From a virus: a stretch of 64,000 bases of DNA. The position numbers and the translations under genes are program-made. Position 1 is the stretch's first letter, and each line of letters opens with the position of its first letter. Shown in pieces: positions 28,385 through 37,896 of the stretch. The DNA lies in IMG/VR virus record IMGVR_UViG_3300033149_004566, positions 1-64,000 of that record; one strand, 5' to 3'. Below the pieces are notes generated by a model that made no database searches, was not told where the DNA came from, and saw nothing but the letters and a program-made list of their open reading frames with translations.

Positions 28385-29406
28385 TTATTATCACCTATAT
28401 TACCTTTTAAATATATTACCGCGTCTTCAAGCCTGGAAAATGGCACCGCCGCTTTTCTATCGGGTGATAAATAAATGGCCGTGCATCCTATGGTGCCCTC
28501 ACGATATCCAATTTTTCTCGCATAATCGTCTATTCCTTTATACGTTCCATTGCAAATCGCAAGAAACTTTTTGCCCTGTTTTTCACAGACTTCAAAAGCA
28601 GGAGCATGATGGTGCGCAAGAATGCCTATGTCGAACGGCCCGTGCTCATCATGCATTTTTTTCACGGAATGCGTCAGATTTAATGATGAATTATACCTGT
28701 ATTTGTGCCTGGCATAAATTTTATACATCACGTCTCCAACAACTATGTTTAAATAACCACCGTGTCCTAGAGTTGATCCGAGTATGTCCTCCGAGTAAGT
28801 CTCGGTTATGTCCCACCCATCTATCTTGTAAGACCAGTGATCGTGACACCCCATGAAAATTCCGATAAAATTTTCACCGTATCTCTTGAAAAGATACGAT
28901 GCCATCTTTTTCTGTTCCTGTAACGTGTACAATGCTTCGTGTTGTCCTCCAAGCGGCGTGCCCACGGGTTTGAAATTATCTATCACGTCTCCTACCATCA
29001 CGGCAAATGCGTCCGGAACGGAATCTATGATGTCCAGATCGTTTTTTAACATGCCGTAATCCGTGTTTATGTTGCCCAAATGCCAGTCAGATGTCACCAC
29101 GAGTATTATACCGAAAGGATAATCTTCTATTTTAAATTCGGCAGTAATTTCATTTAAAGGATCGTGTAACTCACGCCTGTTTATCGAGTGAGATATCGCG
29201 TCCAAAAATAATTGCTCGCCCGTTGCATCGATGCTTAACTTCGGCTCCATCGTTACCTTAGGAGTTTTTTTTAAGCCTAATTTCCACGCCATGTTCTTTA
29301 TAGCGCCCAGAGATCTATTCACGAGTAATTCATTGAGCTCATGATAACTTAAATCCTGGAAATTATCGCGCAACGTCTCGATTTCTTCTTCAGTCCACTT
29401 CATCAC
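28381..29406 (-). CDS. Calcineurin-like metallophosphoesterase with N-terminal Myb-like HTH
   Basis: WTEEEIETLR; SDWHLG, GDVIDN, GCHD, RHK, AHHH. Confidence 0.8.
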   Translation of the reverse strand: MMKWTEEEIETLRDNFQDLSYHELNELLVNRSLGAIKNMAWKLGLKKTPKVTMEPKLSIDATGEQLFLDAISHSINRRELHDPLNEITAEFKIEDYPFGIILVVTSDWHLGNINTDYGMLKNDLDIIDSVPDAFAVMVGDVIDNFKPVGTPLGGQHEALYTLQEQKKMASYLFKRYGENFIGIFMGCHDHWSYKIDGWDITETYSEDILGSTLGHGGYLNIVVGDVMYKIYARHKYRYNSSLNLTHSVKKMHDEHGPFDIGILAHHHAPAFEVCEKQGKKFLAICNGTYKGIDDYARKIGYREGTIGCTAIYLSPDRKAAVPFSRLEDAVIYLKGNIGDNK

Positions 29407-29415
29407 ATGATGTCC

Positions 29416-29601
29416 TCACAATATTTCAACTTTTATCAGATGGAATATACATTCCAATGTATCGGATGACGAACACCGCCCGCGAGCCTTTTCCAAGGCA
29501 CGAACCGCTTCATCATGATCGAGATACACTTCATATCTATCGCCGCAATCAAAATTACTACACGCTATCTGCCATCCATCCATTTCCATCACCAATCCCA
29601 A
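29416..29601 (-). CDS. Small hypothetical protein
   Basis: Co-directional ORF. Confidence 0.45.
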   Translation of the reverse strand: MGLVMEMDGWQIACSNFDCGDRYEVYLDHDEAVRALEKARGRCSSSDTLECIFHLIKVEIL

Positions 29602-29807
29602 AGAACCACAATAAATGTAGCCACGGCGATAATTATCTCCGTCACACCAACTATCGTCACGATGATGACATATATTGCCACGAGCACGTCATCCAGTTCC
29701 GACATAACCGACAAGAAACCGAACACCGATCCAATCGCCACCAGCAATAAAAAAGATACCAGCGTGCTAAAAATCGCCGTCATGCACGCAATGTCATCCT
29801 TGTCCAT
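29589..29807 (-). CDS. Two-TM membrane protein
   Basis: Two long hydrophobic stretches. Confidence 0.6.
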   Translation of the reverse strand: MDKDDIACMTAIFSTLVSFLLLVAIGSVFGFLSVMSELDDVLVAIYVIIVTIVGVTEIIIAVATFIVVLWDW

Positions 29808-29991
29808 TTTCTTTCCACACCATTATCATCATTATCAAGCCGATTACCACTCCGAAAAATCCGAGAAAAATCACGATGGCATATTCCGCAGGTAGTCTTA
29901 AAACCATGAAAGCACACGCCAATTCCACCGTTGCAATCAATAGAATTAACGTGAAAACAATCACAAAAATTATCTCATTAAAATCCCTCAT
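29794..29991 (-). CDS. Two-TM membrane protein
   Basis: Two long hydrophobic stretches. Confidence 0.6.
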   Translation of the reverse strand: MRDFNEIIFVIVFTLILLIATVELACAFMVLRLPAEYAIVIFLGFFGVVIGLIMMIMVWKENGQG

Positions 29992-29992
29992 T

Positions 29993-30211
29993 CTACAACG
30001 CCATCCTTCTCATCCACATCATTTCATCTTCAATAAGTGATTCGTTTTTCACGTATTTGTTGCAGAGATAAAAATGCTCTTTTTCGATATTTTCCGTGCC
30101 ATCCATCTTGCAAAACCCATAACAGTCGTAATAGGGCTGAAAATTTTCACACGTTGCACAACATTCTACTATTCTGAGATCATGTTTCATCACATCAACT
30201 CCTTTTTTCAC
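29993..30211 (-). CDS. Small Cys-rich protein (family with 33238..)
   Basis: VECCATCENF...C...C..Y pattern. Confidence 0.65.
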   Translation of the reverse strand: MKKGVDVMKHDLRIVECCATCENFQPYYDCYGFCKMDGTENIEKEHFYLCNKYVKNESLIEDEMMWMRRMAL

Positions 30212-30227
30212 AAGCTTGTTACATTTA

Positions 30228-31247
30228 TCAAACGTGCCCCAAAATAGTAATCAATAATTGTTCAGCAATTTTTTTTGCAAGTAGCGGAGGAACAGCATTG
30301 CCCAATTGAATCAGAGCTGCAGTTTTTCCACCCTTAAATTCAAAGTCATCCGAAAATGACTGTGCTCTTGCCATTTCCCTCACGGTTGTCCTTCTAAGAT
30401 ATAACCCTTCGTCGTCCATGATAACGATTATCGGCGTGTTTCCATGATTTTCAGTAACTGTTAAAAATGGTCTATCAATCACGAGTAATTTTTGTCCCTG
30501 CCTAAATCTCGAATTAATTGCTCTTATCATCGTATCATGTTTAGATCTCGTATATTCATTTAAATTTGGAATATCGTCGCGACTCATGACACAGTATTTT
30601 TTCAACGCATGTTTTTTAAATGTTTCGTATTCTTCAGATCCTCTTTTAAACCTTTTAAATTTTCCCTTTGGCTCAGGAAGAAATTGTATGGCATCTCTCA
30701 CCGTATACACGTCATCCGATTTTTTCGGAAACTCAAACTTTTCATCAATGTCGTCTCTAATACCCACGATAAAAACCCGCTTTCTTGACTGTGGCACGCC
30801 GTAATCAGATGCCAACATCAATTTGTGGACAACTTTATAACCAACAGATGACAAGTCATCAATTATTCTTTTAAAAACGTTACCATCTTCCATGGAAAGC
30901 AATCCTTCCACGTTTTCACACACGAAAGCGGCCGGCCTCATCACGATCAAAAACCTCAGCCCCTCTCTATAAAGATTAGATCTTGGATCATTTGGATCAC
31001 GTAATCCAGCAATGCTAAATCCCTTACATGGGAATCCAAAAAGAAGCACGTCAACATGAGGCACATGACCTATATCAACGTTTTTTATATCGTCATTAAT
31101 AGCAAGTGCCCCATTAAAATTATGCCTAAATGTTTCAATTGCTTTATCATAAATATCTATCCCAAACTTGACCTCGTAACCGGCTTGCCTAAAACCATCT
31201 AAAAATCCACCGCAGCCACAAAAAAGATCGCCAACGGTCAAAACCAT
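30228..31247 (-). CDS. dcm: C5-cytosine DNA methyltransferase
   Basis: DLFCGCGG, FPCKGFS, ENV, QSRKR, VREMAR.Q.F, GNAVPP. Confidence 0.95.
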   Translation of the reverse strand: MVLTVGDLFCGCGGFLDGFRQAGYEVKFGIDIYDKAIETFRHNFNGALAINDDIKNVDIGHVPHVDVLLFGFPCKGFSIAGLRDPNDPRSNLYREGLRFLIVMRPAAFVCENVEGLLSMEDGNVFKRIIDDLSSVGYKVVHKLMLASDYGVPQSRKRVFIVGIRDDIDEKFEFPKKSDDVYTVRDAIQFLPEPKGKFKRFKRGSEEYETFKKHALKKYCVMSRDDIPNLNEYTRSKHDTMIRAINSRFRQGQKLLVIDRPFLTVTENHGNTPIIVIMDDEGLYLRRTTVREMARAQSFSDDFEFKGGKTAALIQLGNAVPPLLAKKIAEQLLITILGHV

Positions 31248-31251
31248 GTTA

Positions 31252-31380
31252 TCAACTCCTTTTTTTCTTTTTTTCTTCTGTAAGCTTGATGCAATCGTAT
31301 TCTTGAACGCACAAGAGGCATTTCATGCTCGTAAACGATCTTTCATCATACTTACCAAAACATTTTTTTTTCTCATTCAT
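31252..31380 (-). CDS. Small four-Cys protein
   Basis: Hand-translated MNEKKKCFGKYDERSFTSMKCLLCVQEYDCIKL; ATGA overlap. Confidence 0.5.
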   Translation of the reverse strand: MNEKKKCFGKYDERSFTSMKCLLCVQEYDCIKLTEEKKKKRS

Positions 31381-32057
31381 ATATTGCACTCACCATTAAT
31401 AAACTTTTCGATATCATTCATTAATCTCACGAGCGGAACTCCATCCACCACGCGATGATCGGCAACCACCACGACTGGCAAAACTTTTCTCATCCTTAGA
31501 AAACCATCTTTTATTATCAGGACATCTTTAATACCACTTATTATAAAAAAAAATGTAAAATGCGTCTGAGTAAAAGCCACTCCAGTTGCTTCTGGGCCCA
31601 AGTTTGATAAACCAATAATTCCCGTGGTTTTTTTCTTTACCCAAGCACTTTTTTCATGGATCCACCAAAAAGCACGTCTAAGTATTCCTGGTAAGGAGTG
31701 AAAGCTACGAACGACAGGATTTTTCTTGAATTCGTTCATGGCATTCCTGATATCATCAACCGACATTTTCCCAACGTTTTTCAACACGCACGGATACGGA
31801 TCCACGCGACCGTTCACTTCAACGTTTAAAGTTACCGTGGCGGTAATTTCATCGATCCATTTTTTTCCACCGCGCACCCAAGCCGAATGTAAATCAGAGT
31901 GAGGTTGACGCGAAAGAAGCGCGACTATGGCTCTTAACATGCGAGCCGTGATGTCGTGCGTATTTTCAGTCACATCCACGTCCACTTGATAACATAAGGG
32001 ATGAAACTTTCTTGACTGCATCACCATATCGGAAATTATCGATTTTCTAAAATTCAT
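31377..32057 (-). CDS. Stand-alone 2-oxoacid dehydrogenase E2-type acyltransferase catalytic domain
   Basis: RKSII..M..S, VDVDVT, LSNLG, catalytic DHRVVDG. Confidence 0.85.
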   Translation of the reverse strand: MNFRKSIISDMVMQSRKFHPLCYQVDVDVTENTHDITARMLRAIVALLSRQPHSDLHSAWVRGGKKWIDEITATVTLNVEVNGRVDPYPCVLKNVGKMSVDDIRNAMNEFKKNPVVRSFHSLPGILRRAFWWIHEKSAWVKKKTTGIIGLSNLGPEATGVAFTQTHFTFFFIISGIKDVLIIKDGFLRMRKVLPVVVVADHRVVDGVPLVRLMNDIEKFINGECNI

Positions 32058-32425
32058 TTCACATGTGCCCTATTTTCTTTTCTCGGTATCCACGTGACCG
32101 TGAACTCTTCAAATGGAAGATCGACGTCCCACGCATCACTGACCTCGCGGGATATTTTTTTAAGCATCTTGAGCTTTTCGTCCTTCGACTTCCACTTGTC
32201 ATTGAATTGATTCACGACCAATTTTGAATCACCCATGAGGTGAACTTTTTGATAATTCATGATGTATGCCATCAATACGCCCAAATGCAATGCCAGCCAT
32301 TCCGCCTGATTGTTGGTGCCGTACGTTCCATTCAATTCAAAACACTCACCGTCTTCCGACACGGCACAGGCAGTTATCGGGCCGGGATTTTCGGGCCTTG
32401 CTCCACCATCAAACCATATTTTCAT
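32054..32425 (-). CDS. rnhA: Ribonuclease HI-like protein
   Basis: FDGGA..NPG, TNNQAE, GDSKLVV, WIPRKEN; final conserved Asp absent. Confidence 0.8.
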   Translation of the reverse strand: MKIWFDGGARPENPGPITACAVSEDGECFELNGTYGTNNQAEWLALHLGVLMAYIMNYQKVHLMGDSKLVVNQFNDKWKSKDEKLKMLKKISREVSDAWDVDLPFEEFTVTWIPRKENRAHVK

Positions 32426-32525
32426 TCGGAAAAACCTCTTTTTATATTTTTCATTTATCGGACTCCAACTCCATTTTCTTTTTAAATGAATCCATCAATT
32501 TTTCATCTTTCTCGTAATCTTCGCA
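32401..32525. repeat. ~124-bp direct repeat, copy 1 (copy 2 at 33189..33312)
   Basis: Near-identical DNA spanning a gene 3' end, the spacer and the next gene start. Confidence 0.9.
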
Positions 32526-32642
32526 TTCTTCAACCTTTCGGTTGCACTGTATTTCCCAATTACACCTACCGCTCTTTACACATTGTGTGCATAAATATTG
32601 TTTTGATTCCAATTTAGTCATTTTCTCAACTCGTATAAACAC
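32451..32642 (-). CDS. Small Cys-rich protein
   Basis: C-terminus CEDYEKDEKLMDSFKKKMELESDK duplicated in 33238 ORF. Confidence 0.6.
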   Translation of the reverse strand: MFIRVEKMTKLESKQYLCTQCVKSGRCNWEIQCNRKVEECEDYEKDEKLMDSFKKKMELESDK

Positions 32643-33034
32643 TTTTCACAATAATACCTACTACCATTACCGTCTTCCAAATTCACGCAATATAATACCA
32701 ATGTCGGTTCTTCACATTCCTCACACCAGTTAATCGAATTACTCGCACAATAATTTTTAGCCTTATTAAGAAGCATCTCTCTAAGATACACGCTGTCAAT
32801 CTCTTTAATTTTCTTCACTGCTTGAAGTGCATCCTTGAGTGTTAATTTACCGCCCAATCCTCTGAATAAATTGTATATCGTGGATATAACCGAGCAGGGA
32901 TTATATAATTTACATTTGTAACAATTCACGCTTTTAGTAAAGTTACTTCCAAATGACATGCAAATACAACCAAAATGTAAAAAGATAGATTTACGTATTG
33001 CGTTAAGACCAGACGTGTAACCGATTTTACTCAT
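32618..33034 (-). CDS. Cys-rich hypothetical protein
   Basis: Several CxxC motifs. Confidence 0.6.
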   Translation of the reverse strand: MSKIGYTSGLNAIRKSIFLHFGCICMSFGSNFTKSVNCYKCKLYNPCSVISTIYNLFRGLGGKLTLKDALQAVKKIKEIDSVYLREMLLNKAKNYCASNSINWCEECEEPTLVLYCVNLEDGNGSRYYCEKCLYELRK

Positions 33035-33213
33035 TTAACCATCTCCTTCAACTTATATATTATCTCTTCAATAAACAATTCTATATATTCGTGATATTTC
33101 TCTTTTATACAATCACGCAAAAACAATGGATTTAAGATATCATTACTCACGCCAACGGCTCTGGAAATTAAATCCCATAATGAATACTCTCCGCCATCAA
33201 ACCATGTTTTCAT
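33031..33213 (-). CDS. Small protein starting with the RNase H N-terminus (MKTWFDGG)
   Basis: First 8 codons lie within the direct repeat. Confidence 0.5.
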   Translation of the reverse strand: MKTWFDGGEYSLWDLISRAVGVSNDILNPLFLRDCIKEKYHEYIELFIEEIIYKLKEMVK

Positions 33214-33312
33214 TCGGAAACCCTCCTTTTATATTTTTCATTTATCGGACTCCAACTCCGTTTTCTTTTTAAATGAATCTATCAGTTTTTCGTCTTTCTC
33301 GTAATCATCGCA
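33189..33312. repeat. ~124-bp direct repeat, copy 2
   Basis: See 32401..32525. Confidence 0.9.
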
Positions 33313-33465
33313 GATGCAAAAAGACTCCACGATGGATTCCGTCAAGGCACACCAGGAAACGCACTCATAATCGGTATTGAAATTGATACACGATCCACAA
33401 CATTCGACAAATTCCATTTCGCCACTTCCTTCCATCATTTTATGAAAAATCCAATAATCAAACAT
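33238..33465 (-). CDS. Small Cys-rich protein (start uncertain)
   Basis: FVECCGSCINF..C..C...C.DYEKDE; paralog of 29993..30211. Confidence 0.6.
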   Translation of the reverse strand: MFDYWIFHKMMEGSGEMEFVECCGSCINFNTDYECVSWCALTESIVESFCICDDYEKDEKLIDSFKKKTELESDK

Positions 33466-33466
33466 T

Positions 33467-34012
33467 TCACAACCCCCTACAAAAGACATCACTTCGCAAA
33501 GCCCTCTTGATATAATATGGATATAAATCCCAAAGCCACACGTCGCCATCTTCGTCGTACACGAAAAAATCGTCCTTGCCGGATTTGACAAACTGATGAA
33601 TTGTATTCCAAGTACCGGATCTCATGTTATAACGCCTTATAAAAGCAATGATCCTATCCGACTTTTCCGCTATCAGGCCGTTTCTTTTAAAATACTCCGA
33701 CCTGCTGTAACAATTCGGTGGAGCGCGACCGATCTCATTCTCGTACATCCTACCATTCGGATGAAATATCAAGAATCGAACACCATTCCTACGTGCCCAC
33801 ACGACGGCATGAGAGTCCACGCCAAACGCGCCGCCGGATACCAACACGTCATCTTTATCAAAAATTTCGTCCAGTATTTTACCCACCACCGATTCTGAAA
33901 TGCTTTTCCTATTACCGATCACTCCGACGTGCATCCCAACACCAACGGATCTTTTAAATTTTTTTTCATGGTCTCCATAACGGCAAGCACGTCCGAATGA
34001 CATTTCGGACAT
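33467..34012 (-). CDS. SLOG/DprA-like Rossmann protein
   Basis: VGVIGNR, VSGGAFGVD, RNGLIA..SD, SGTWNT. Confidence 0.8.
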   Translation of the reverse strand: MSEMSFGRACRYGDHEKKFKRSVGVGMHVGVIGNRKSISESVVGKILDEIFDKDDVLVSGGAFGVDSHAVVWARRNGVRFLIFHPNGRMYENEIGRAPPNCYSRSEYFKRNGLIAEKSDRIIAFIRRYNMRSGTWNTIHQFVKSGKDDFFVYDEDGDVWLWDLYPYYIKRALRSDVFCRGL

Positions 34013-34072
34013 AATAATTCGTCAAACGCCTTTAATTTTTTTCCGCAGCTCGCGCATTTTTTTTCGGGCATT

Positions 34073-34417
34073 TCACGGCCCCCTACGATAAGCGTCGCTT
34101 CGTAACCACTCTGGAGGTATCAAATTCAACAACGGCTTAATATCGTCCAGCAACTCATCCGATGCCTTATCTTTTAATTCTTCAATAGTTTCATACCGAA
34201 CCGATTTATTTTCTATATCATCCATCGGCCCGTAACAACTGCAATGGTAGAGATCTAAAAGAAACCAGACCAGGCCTTTTTTCATGAGAAGATAACCACT
34301 TCCCTCGTATGGATAACATTCGTAATGATATATTGCCATGTCAGCACCAAATCGCACGATACTTTCTATATCGTCGTCCTCAAAATCGTCGGAATTTTCC
34401 GTTCCAATCAACAACAT
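34073..34417 (-). CDS. Hypothetical protein (paralog of 4616..4939)
   Basis: YEGSG, HCSCYGP. Confidence 0.75.
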   Translation of the reverse strand: MLLIGTENSDDFEDDDIESIVRFGADMAIYHYECYPYEGSGYLLMKKGLVWFLLDLYHCSCYGPMDDIENKSVRYETIEELKDKASDELLDDIKPLLNLIPPEWLRSDAYRRGP

Positions 34418-34562
34418 CTTACATCACTCCTTTTTTTTTGAAAAACGCCTCGCGTATTCCGTAAATTCTCCTTTTAACAATTCTGCGAGCTGCGGCTTGA
34501 CGAGCCTGATGATGGCGGCGGCAATCACGAGCTCCGGAAATTTCAACGCAAACTTCACGTCG

Positions 34563-34706
34563 TTAACATCCACTAAAATCACCACGATCCCTAAAATGCG
34601 TGACACAATACGCATTTATTTGGCACTCCCTACACAACAACATCGTACAACTCGCTTTTAACTCTTTATGACATCTAATACAACGCGGAATTAAAACTTC
34701 AAACAT
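34563..34706 (-). CDS. Small zinc-finger protein (AN1-like Cys/His spacing)
   Basis: Hand-translated MFEVLIPRCIRCHKELKASCTMLLCRECQINAYCVTHFRDRGDFSGC; GAGG SD. Confidence 0.55.
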   Translation of the reverse strand: MFEVLIPRCIRCHKELKASCTMLLCRECQINAYCVTHFRDRGDFSGC

Positions 34707-34812
34707 TTAAATGCCTCTTTTTTATCCCGTTTTTTAAATAAATAATAAAATGGATTTTTCTCATCCCACGTTAAATCGGTGGGCCCCGGTTTTCTAGATT
34801 TAAATATTTTTT

Positions 34813-35430
34813 TCATCCAATCAACCTCTTGCATTCTTCTATTGCGTCCCTCGGATAGAAAGCCCATGCATCGGCTCCCATCTTTTTAGCACGCTCTTTT
34901 GAGACCGGGCGACCGCCGACAATGACCTTCATGTTTCTCTTTTTGGCGGCTTTCACGACCCTTTCCATCTCATCCAAACACGTCGACAGAAGCGTGGATA
35001 GCGCGAGTATGTCCGCATCGTGTTCCTCCATGGCATCGAGGAATTGTTCTTCCGTGACTTCAACGCCGAGATCGTACACCATAAACCCGGCCCCGATTAG
35101 AAAAGCACTGATGATCGTCTTCCCAATATCATGTATGTCTCCCCTGACAGAGCCAAACACGATTCTTCCAAGTGATGCATTTTTATCGCCCTCTAAAATG
35201 GGCTTGAGCATGTCAATGCCCCTACTGGCACGGTCGCCGGCTATCAATAATTCGGCGAGGAAATATTCCCCGTTTTCGTACATTTCTCCCACCGTGTCAA
35301 GGGCGGAAGACATGACAGATATTAGATCGGAAACGTCGGCACCGTTTTTGAGAGCATCATTTATCAACGACTCCATGCGGTCATCATCATCGATGTCGAT
35401 CACGTTTCGCTTCAATTCATTAATAAACAT
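34813..35430 (-). CDS. Cobalamin-binding corrinoid protein (MtbC/MttC/MtaC-like)
   Basis: Cap domain (VGEMYENGEYFLAELL), GDIHDIGK B12 motif, LSTLL, VIVGGRP, GADA; start trimmed to MFINEL. Confidence 0.9.
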   Translation of the reverse strand: MFINELKRNVIDIDDDDRMESLINDALKNGADVSDLISVMSSALDTVGEMYENGEYFLAELLIAGDRASRGIDMLKPILEGDKNASLGRIVFGSVRGDIHDIGKTIISAFLIGAGFMVYDLGVEVTEEQFLDAMEEHDADILALSTLLSTCLDEMERVVKAAKKRNMKVIVGGRPVSKERAKKMGADAWAFYPRDAIEECKRLIG

Positions 35431-35685
35431 GTTAAATCTACCCCCACGCGTGTAATCAGTTTTCATCATCCTCAATGGGCAAAACAACGTCATTTGAAAA
35501 ACGTTGCAAACATACCATTTCCATGTAAAAATCCAACGATCCGGAATACATGGCGTCGTAATTCGTGTCATTTAAATGCGGGTGCATTATTGACGTCGAA
35601 ATGACCGTCGCTGACACGATTCTTTTTTTAAAAATTATCCTTTTCTCTTCAACGCGATGATACGCGTTATTTAGATACCACATTA

Positions 35686-35961
35686 TCATTCATCCAACTC
35701 TTCTATTTCTTCCCATTCGTCGTCTGCACGCATCCACGCCACCACGTCCTCGATAATTTCTCTTCTCTGACGATACATGTTTCCTAAACTTCCACGCATG
35801 ATGGCCGGACACAACATAGCGTTATCCGACACGTGAGAGCCAGAAAGCACAAACATGATCGATTCATCATTCATGTCGTTCTCGATACCCACGTCCCGAT
35901 CTCCAAAATTCAAGTGGGGTTCATTCACATATTGATATTTTCCGTACTCATACCAAGTCAT
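35686..35961 (-). CDS. Hypothetical protein
   Basis: Co-directional ORF. Confidence 0.5.
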   Translation of the reverse strand: MTWYEYGKYQYVNEPHLNFGDRDVGIENDMNDESIMFVLSGSHVSDNAMLCPAIMRGSLGNMYRQRREIIEDVVAWMRADDEWEEIEELDE

Positions 35962-35965
35962 TAAT

Positions 35966-36118
35966 TCACACGTACACGATTTTATCGTATTTTAGCTGCA
36001 AGTCGTGAATGACGCGACTGCCGAATTTTACATAAAATTCATCGACAACGTATTTCACGTACACCCTGACCTTCCAAACCTTCATGTTGTTTGGCCTAAT
36101 CCATACCACCCTTACCAT
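35966..36118 (-). CDS. 50-aa small protein, tandem paralog A
   Basis: NNMKVWKVRVYVKYVVDEFYVKFGSRVIHDLQLKYDKIVYV aligns with 36112..36264. Confidence 0.65.
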   Translation of the reverse strand: MVRVVWIRPNNMKVWKVRVYVKYVVDEFYVKFGSRVIHDLQLKYDKIVYV

Positions 36119-36264
36119 TCATAATTGCACACGTAAATGATTTTATCATAATCATCCAATTCCAAGTTAGAAATGACACGGCTTTTAAAATTAATATAAC
36201 GTTCCGAAACCAAGTATTTTATGTAGATTCTAATCATCATGTTGTTCAACCCAAACTCCGCCAC
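36112..36264 (-). CDS. 50-aa small protein, tandem paralog B
   Basis: NNMMIRIYIKYLVSERYINFKSRVISNLELDDYDKIIYV. Confidence 0.65.
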   Translation of the reverse strand: MAEFGLNNMMIRIYIKYLVSERYINFKSRVISNLELDDYDKIIYVCNYEW

Positions 36265-36390
36265 ATCACATCTCGCCTCTTCTTATAGATACAAAAACGC
36301 GATCTTCGTTTTCATCCACGGTGACCTCACGATCAGAAATCTTGATTTCGCGTTCGCGTACAACGTGAACGTGATAAAAGTTGTCAAAAT

Positions 36391-36759
36391 TTACCACGTG
36401 TCTGCGGCACTCCTGATATGTTTATATATCACGTCTTCAAGCGTGTCCACGGCCCGGCTTCCGAAGTCGCAGCTGTCTTCAATCACGTACAACTTGCTCA
36501 GATCTAATACCACCGTGACGCGATACGTGTCCACATACACGCATACGTACTTGAGCCTTTCATAAAAAGACATTCCCAATTCTTCCATGATATCCTGTAA
36601 AGCCATTTGCAAACAGTCTTTCGAGCGCCACTTCACCGACAGGGAAAATTTGACGTATATCTTGCACGCGTTCTTTTCGACGTTGATGGATCTCACGCAC
36701 AGATGCTTGCTGACGCCATCAAAAACCGCAACCATGGCCATTTTCATGTTTTCGTCCAT
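36391..36759 (-). CDS. Hypothetical protein
   Basis: One of four similar-sized overlapping ORFs at 36.4-37.9 kb. Confidence 0.6.
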   Translation of the reverse strand: MDENMKMAMVAVFDGVSKHLCVRSINVEKNACKIYVKFSLSVKWRSKDCLQMALQDIMEELGMSFYERLKYVCVYVDTYRVTVVLDLSKLYVIEDSCDFGSRAVDTLEDVIYKHIRSAADTW

Positions 36760-37160
36760 AAACCCAACTCATTTATGGCATCATTCACGCATTTCAACAA
36801 CGGCTTTCCGAAGGAATTTACCTCGTGCATGTCGACATCACACTCGAACACGGCATCCACGGCGACCTTAAAAAACAACACGATGGAGACGCTGCCCGAT
36901 CCCGGCATTATCAACATGTCAAAGCGCACGCCAGCGTCGAACAAAAATCTCTTCAGAAAACCGCTGTAATAATGCAGATCCACGCCCTTTACCAAGTCAG
37001 CATTTGTGGTTTGACATCTCACCAACACGACACCGTCCTCGTGCGACAATTCGATGACCGACGCTCCTGTATCTTTCACGTAAGTCTTCATGGTATCGAG
37101 TATCACGGAAAACAATACGACGCCTCCAAGCACGACATTCCGGCAGCATCCGTGATGCAC
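36744..37160 (-). CDS. Hypothetical protein
   Basis: Member of overlapping ORF array. Confidence 0.6.
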   Translation of the reverse strand: MHHGCCRNVVLGGVVLFSVILDTMKTYVKDTGASVIELSHEDGVVLVRCQTTNADLVKGVDLHYYSGFLKRFLFDAGVRFDMLIMPGSGSVSIVLFFKVAVDAVFECDVDMHEVNSFGKPLLKCVNDAINELGLWTKT

Positions 37161-37483
37161 TCAACGATAGTGTTCCTGATGTCGACGACATCGTTTAATT
37201 TCACGCTAAACTCCGGAACCACGCCCGTGTCGGAAATAAAAAACATGGTAGCACTCTCATAAGTACCCACCGTGATCATTTTCATCCTAAAATACACGCC
37301 ATGAATCCACAACTCGTTCTTATAAATTACATTCCATAGCCATTTATCGATGCCGTGCTTCGTGAAAAATGAAATGCCGCCGGCAAAATCATTCACCACG
37401 TGAATTCCAATGCATTTCACGTCCGGATAAGAGATTATTGTTTTCATGATCTTGTTAAACACGTCCATCAATGCCACGTGCAC
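37103..37483 (-). CDS. Hypothetical protein
   Basis: Member of overlapping ORF array. Confidence 0.6.
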   Translation of the reverse strand: MHVALMDVFNKIMKTIISYPDVKCIGIHVVNDFAGGISFFTKHGIDKWLWNVIYKNELWIHGVYFRMKMITVGTYESATMFFISDTGVVPEFSVKLNDVVDIRNTIVECITDAAGMSCLEASYCFP

Positions 37484-37881
37484 TCATCCCATTTGATTTT
37501 CGTGACCACGTCATAAAAAACGGACTCGAACACGTGCGCCGTGTCCATTACCATGAGGCGGGCAACGCTATTAATGCAATGACCAATGGCAAGATCCGGC
37601 TCCATCACGACATCGGCTTTCATTGTCACGGACAAGACGACGGCATTTATTTTCTTATCATATTCAAATTTAAACGATATGTTGTCAAGCACTCTCTCAG
37701 AAAGATGTCCAATGATTGCATTCCGGCAATTCATCGGTTCTTTTTCTTTCAAGAAAAATGTTATCGTCATCACGTCCAATTTTTCCCGCAAATTTCCGAC
37801 AATTTCAACGCGTCTCGTCGGACATACCTCGTAGATGAATCTACCGACATCTATCATTGCCTTCATTATTGACAACACCAT
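37468..37881 (-). CDS. Hypothetical protein
   Basis: Member of overlapping ORF array. Confidence 0.6.
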   Translation of the reverse strand: MVLSIMKAMIDVGRFIYEVCPTRRVEIVGNLREKLDVMTITFFLKEKEPMNCRNAIIGHLSERVLDNISFKFEYDKKINAVVLSVTMKADVVMEPDLAIGHCINSVARLMVMDTAHVFESVFYDVVTKIKWDECTWH

Positions 37882-37896
37882 GAATAATAATTGCCT

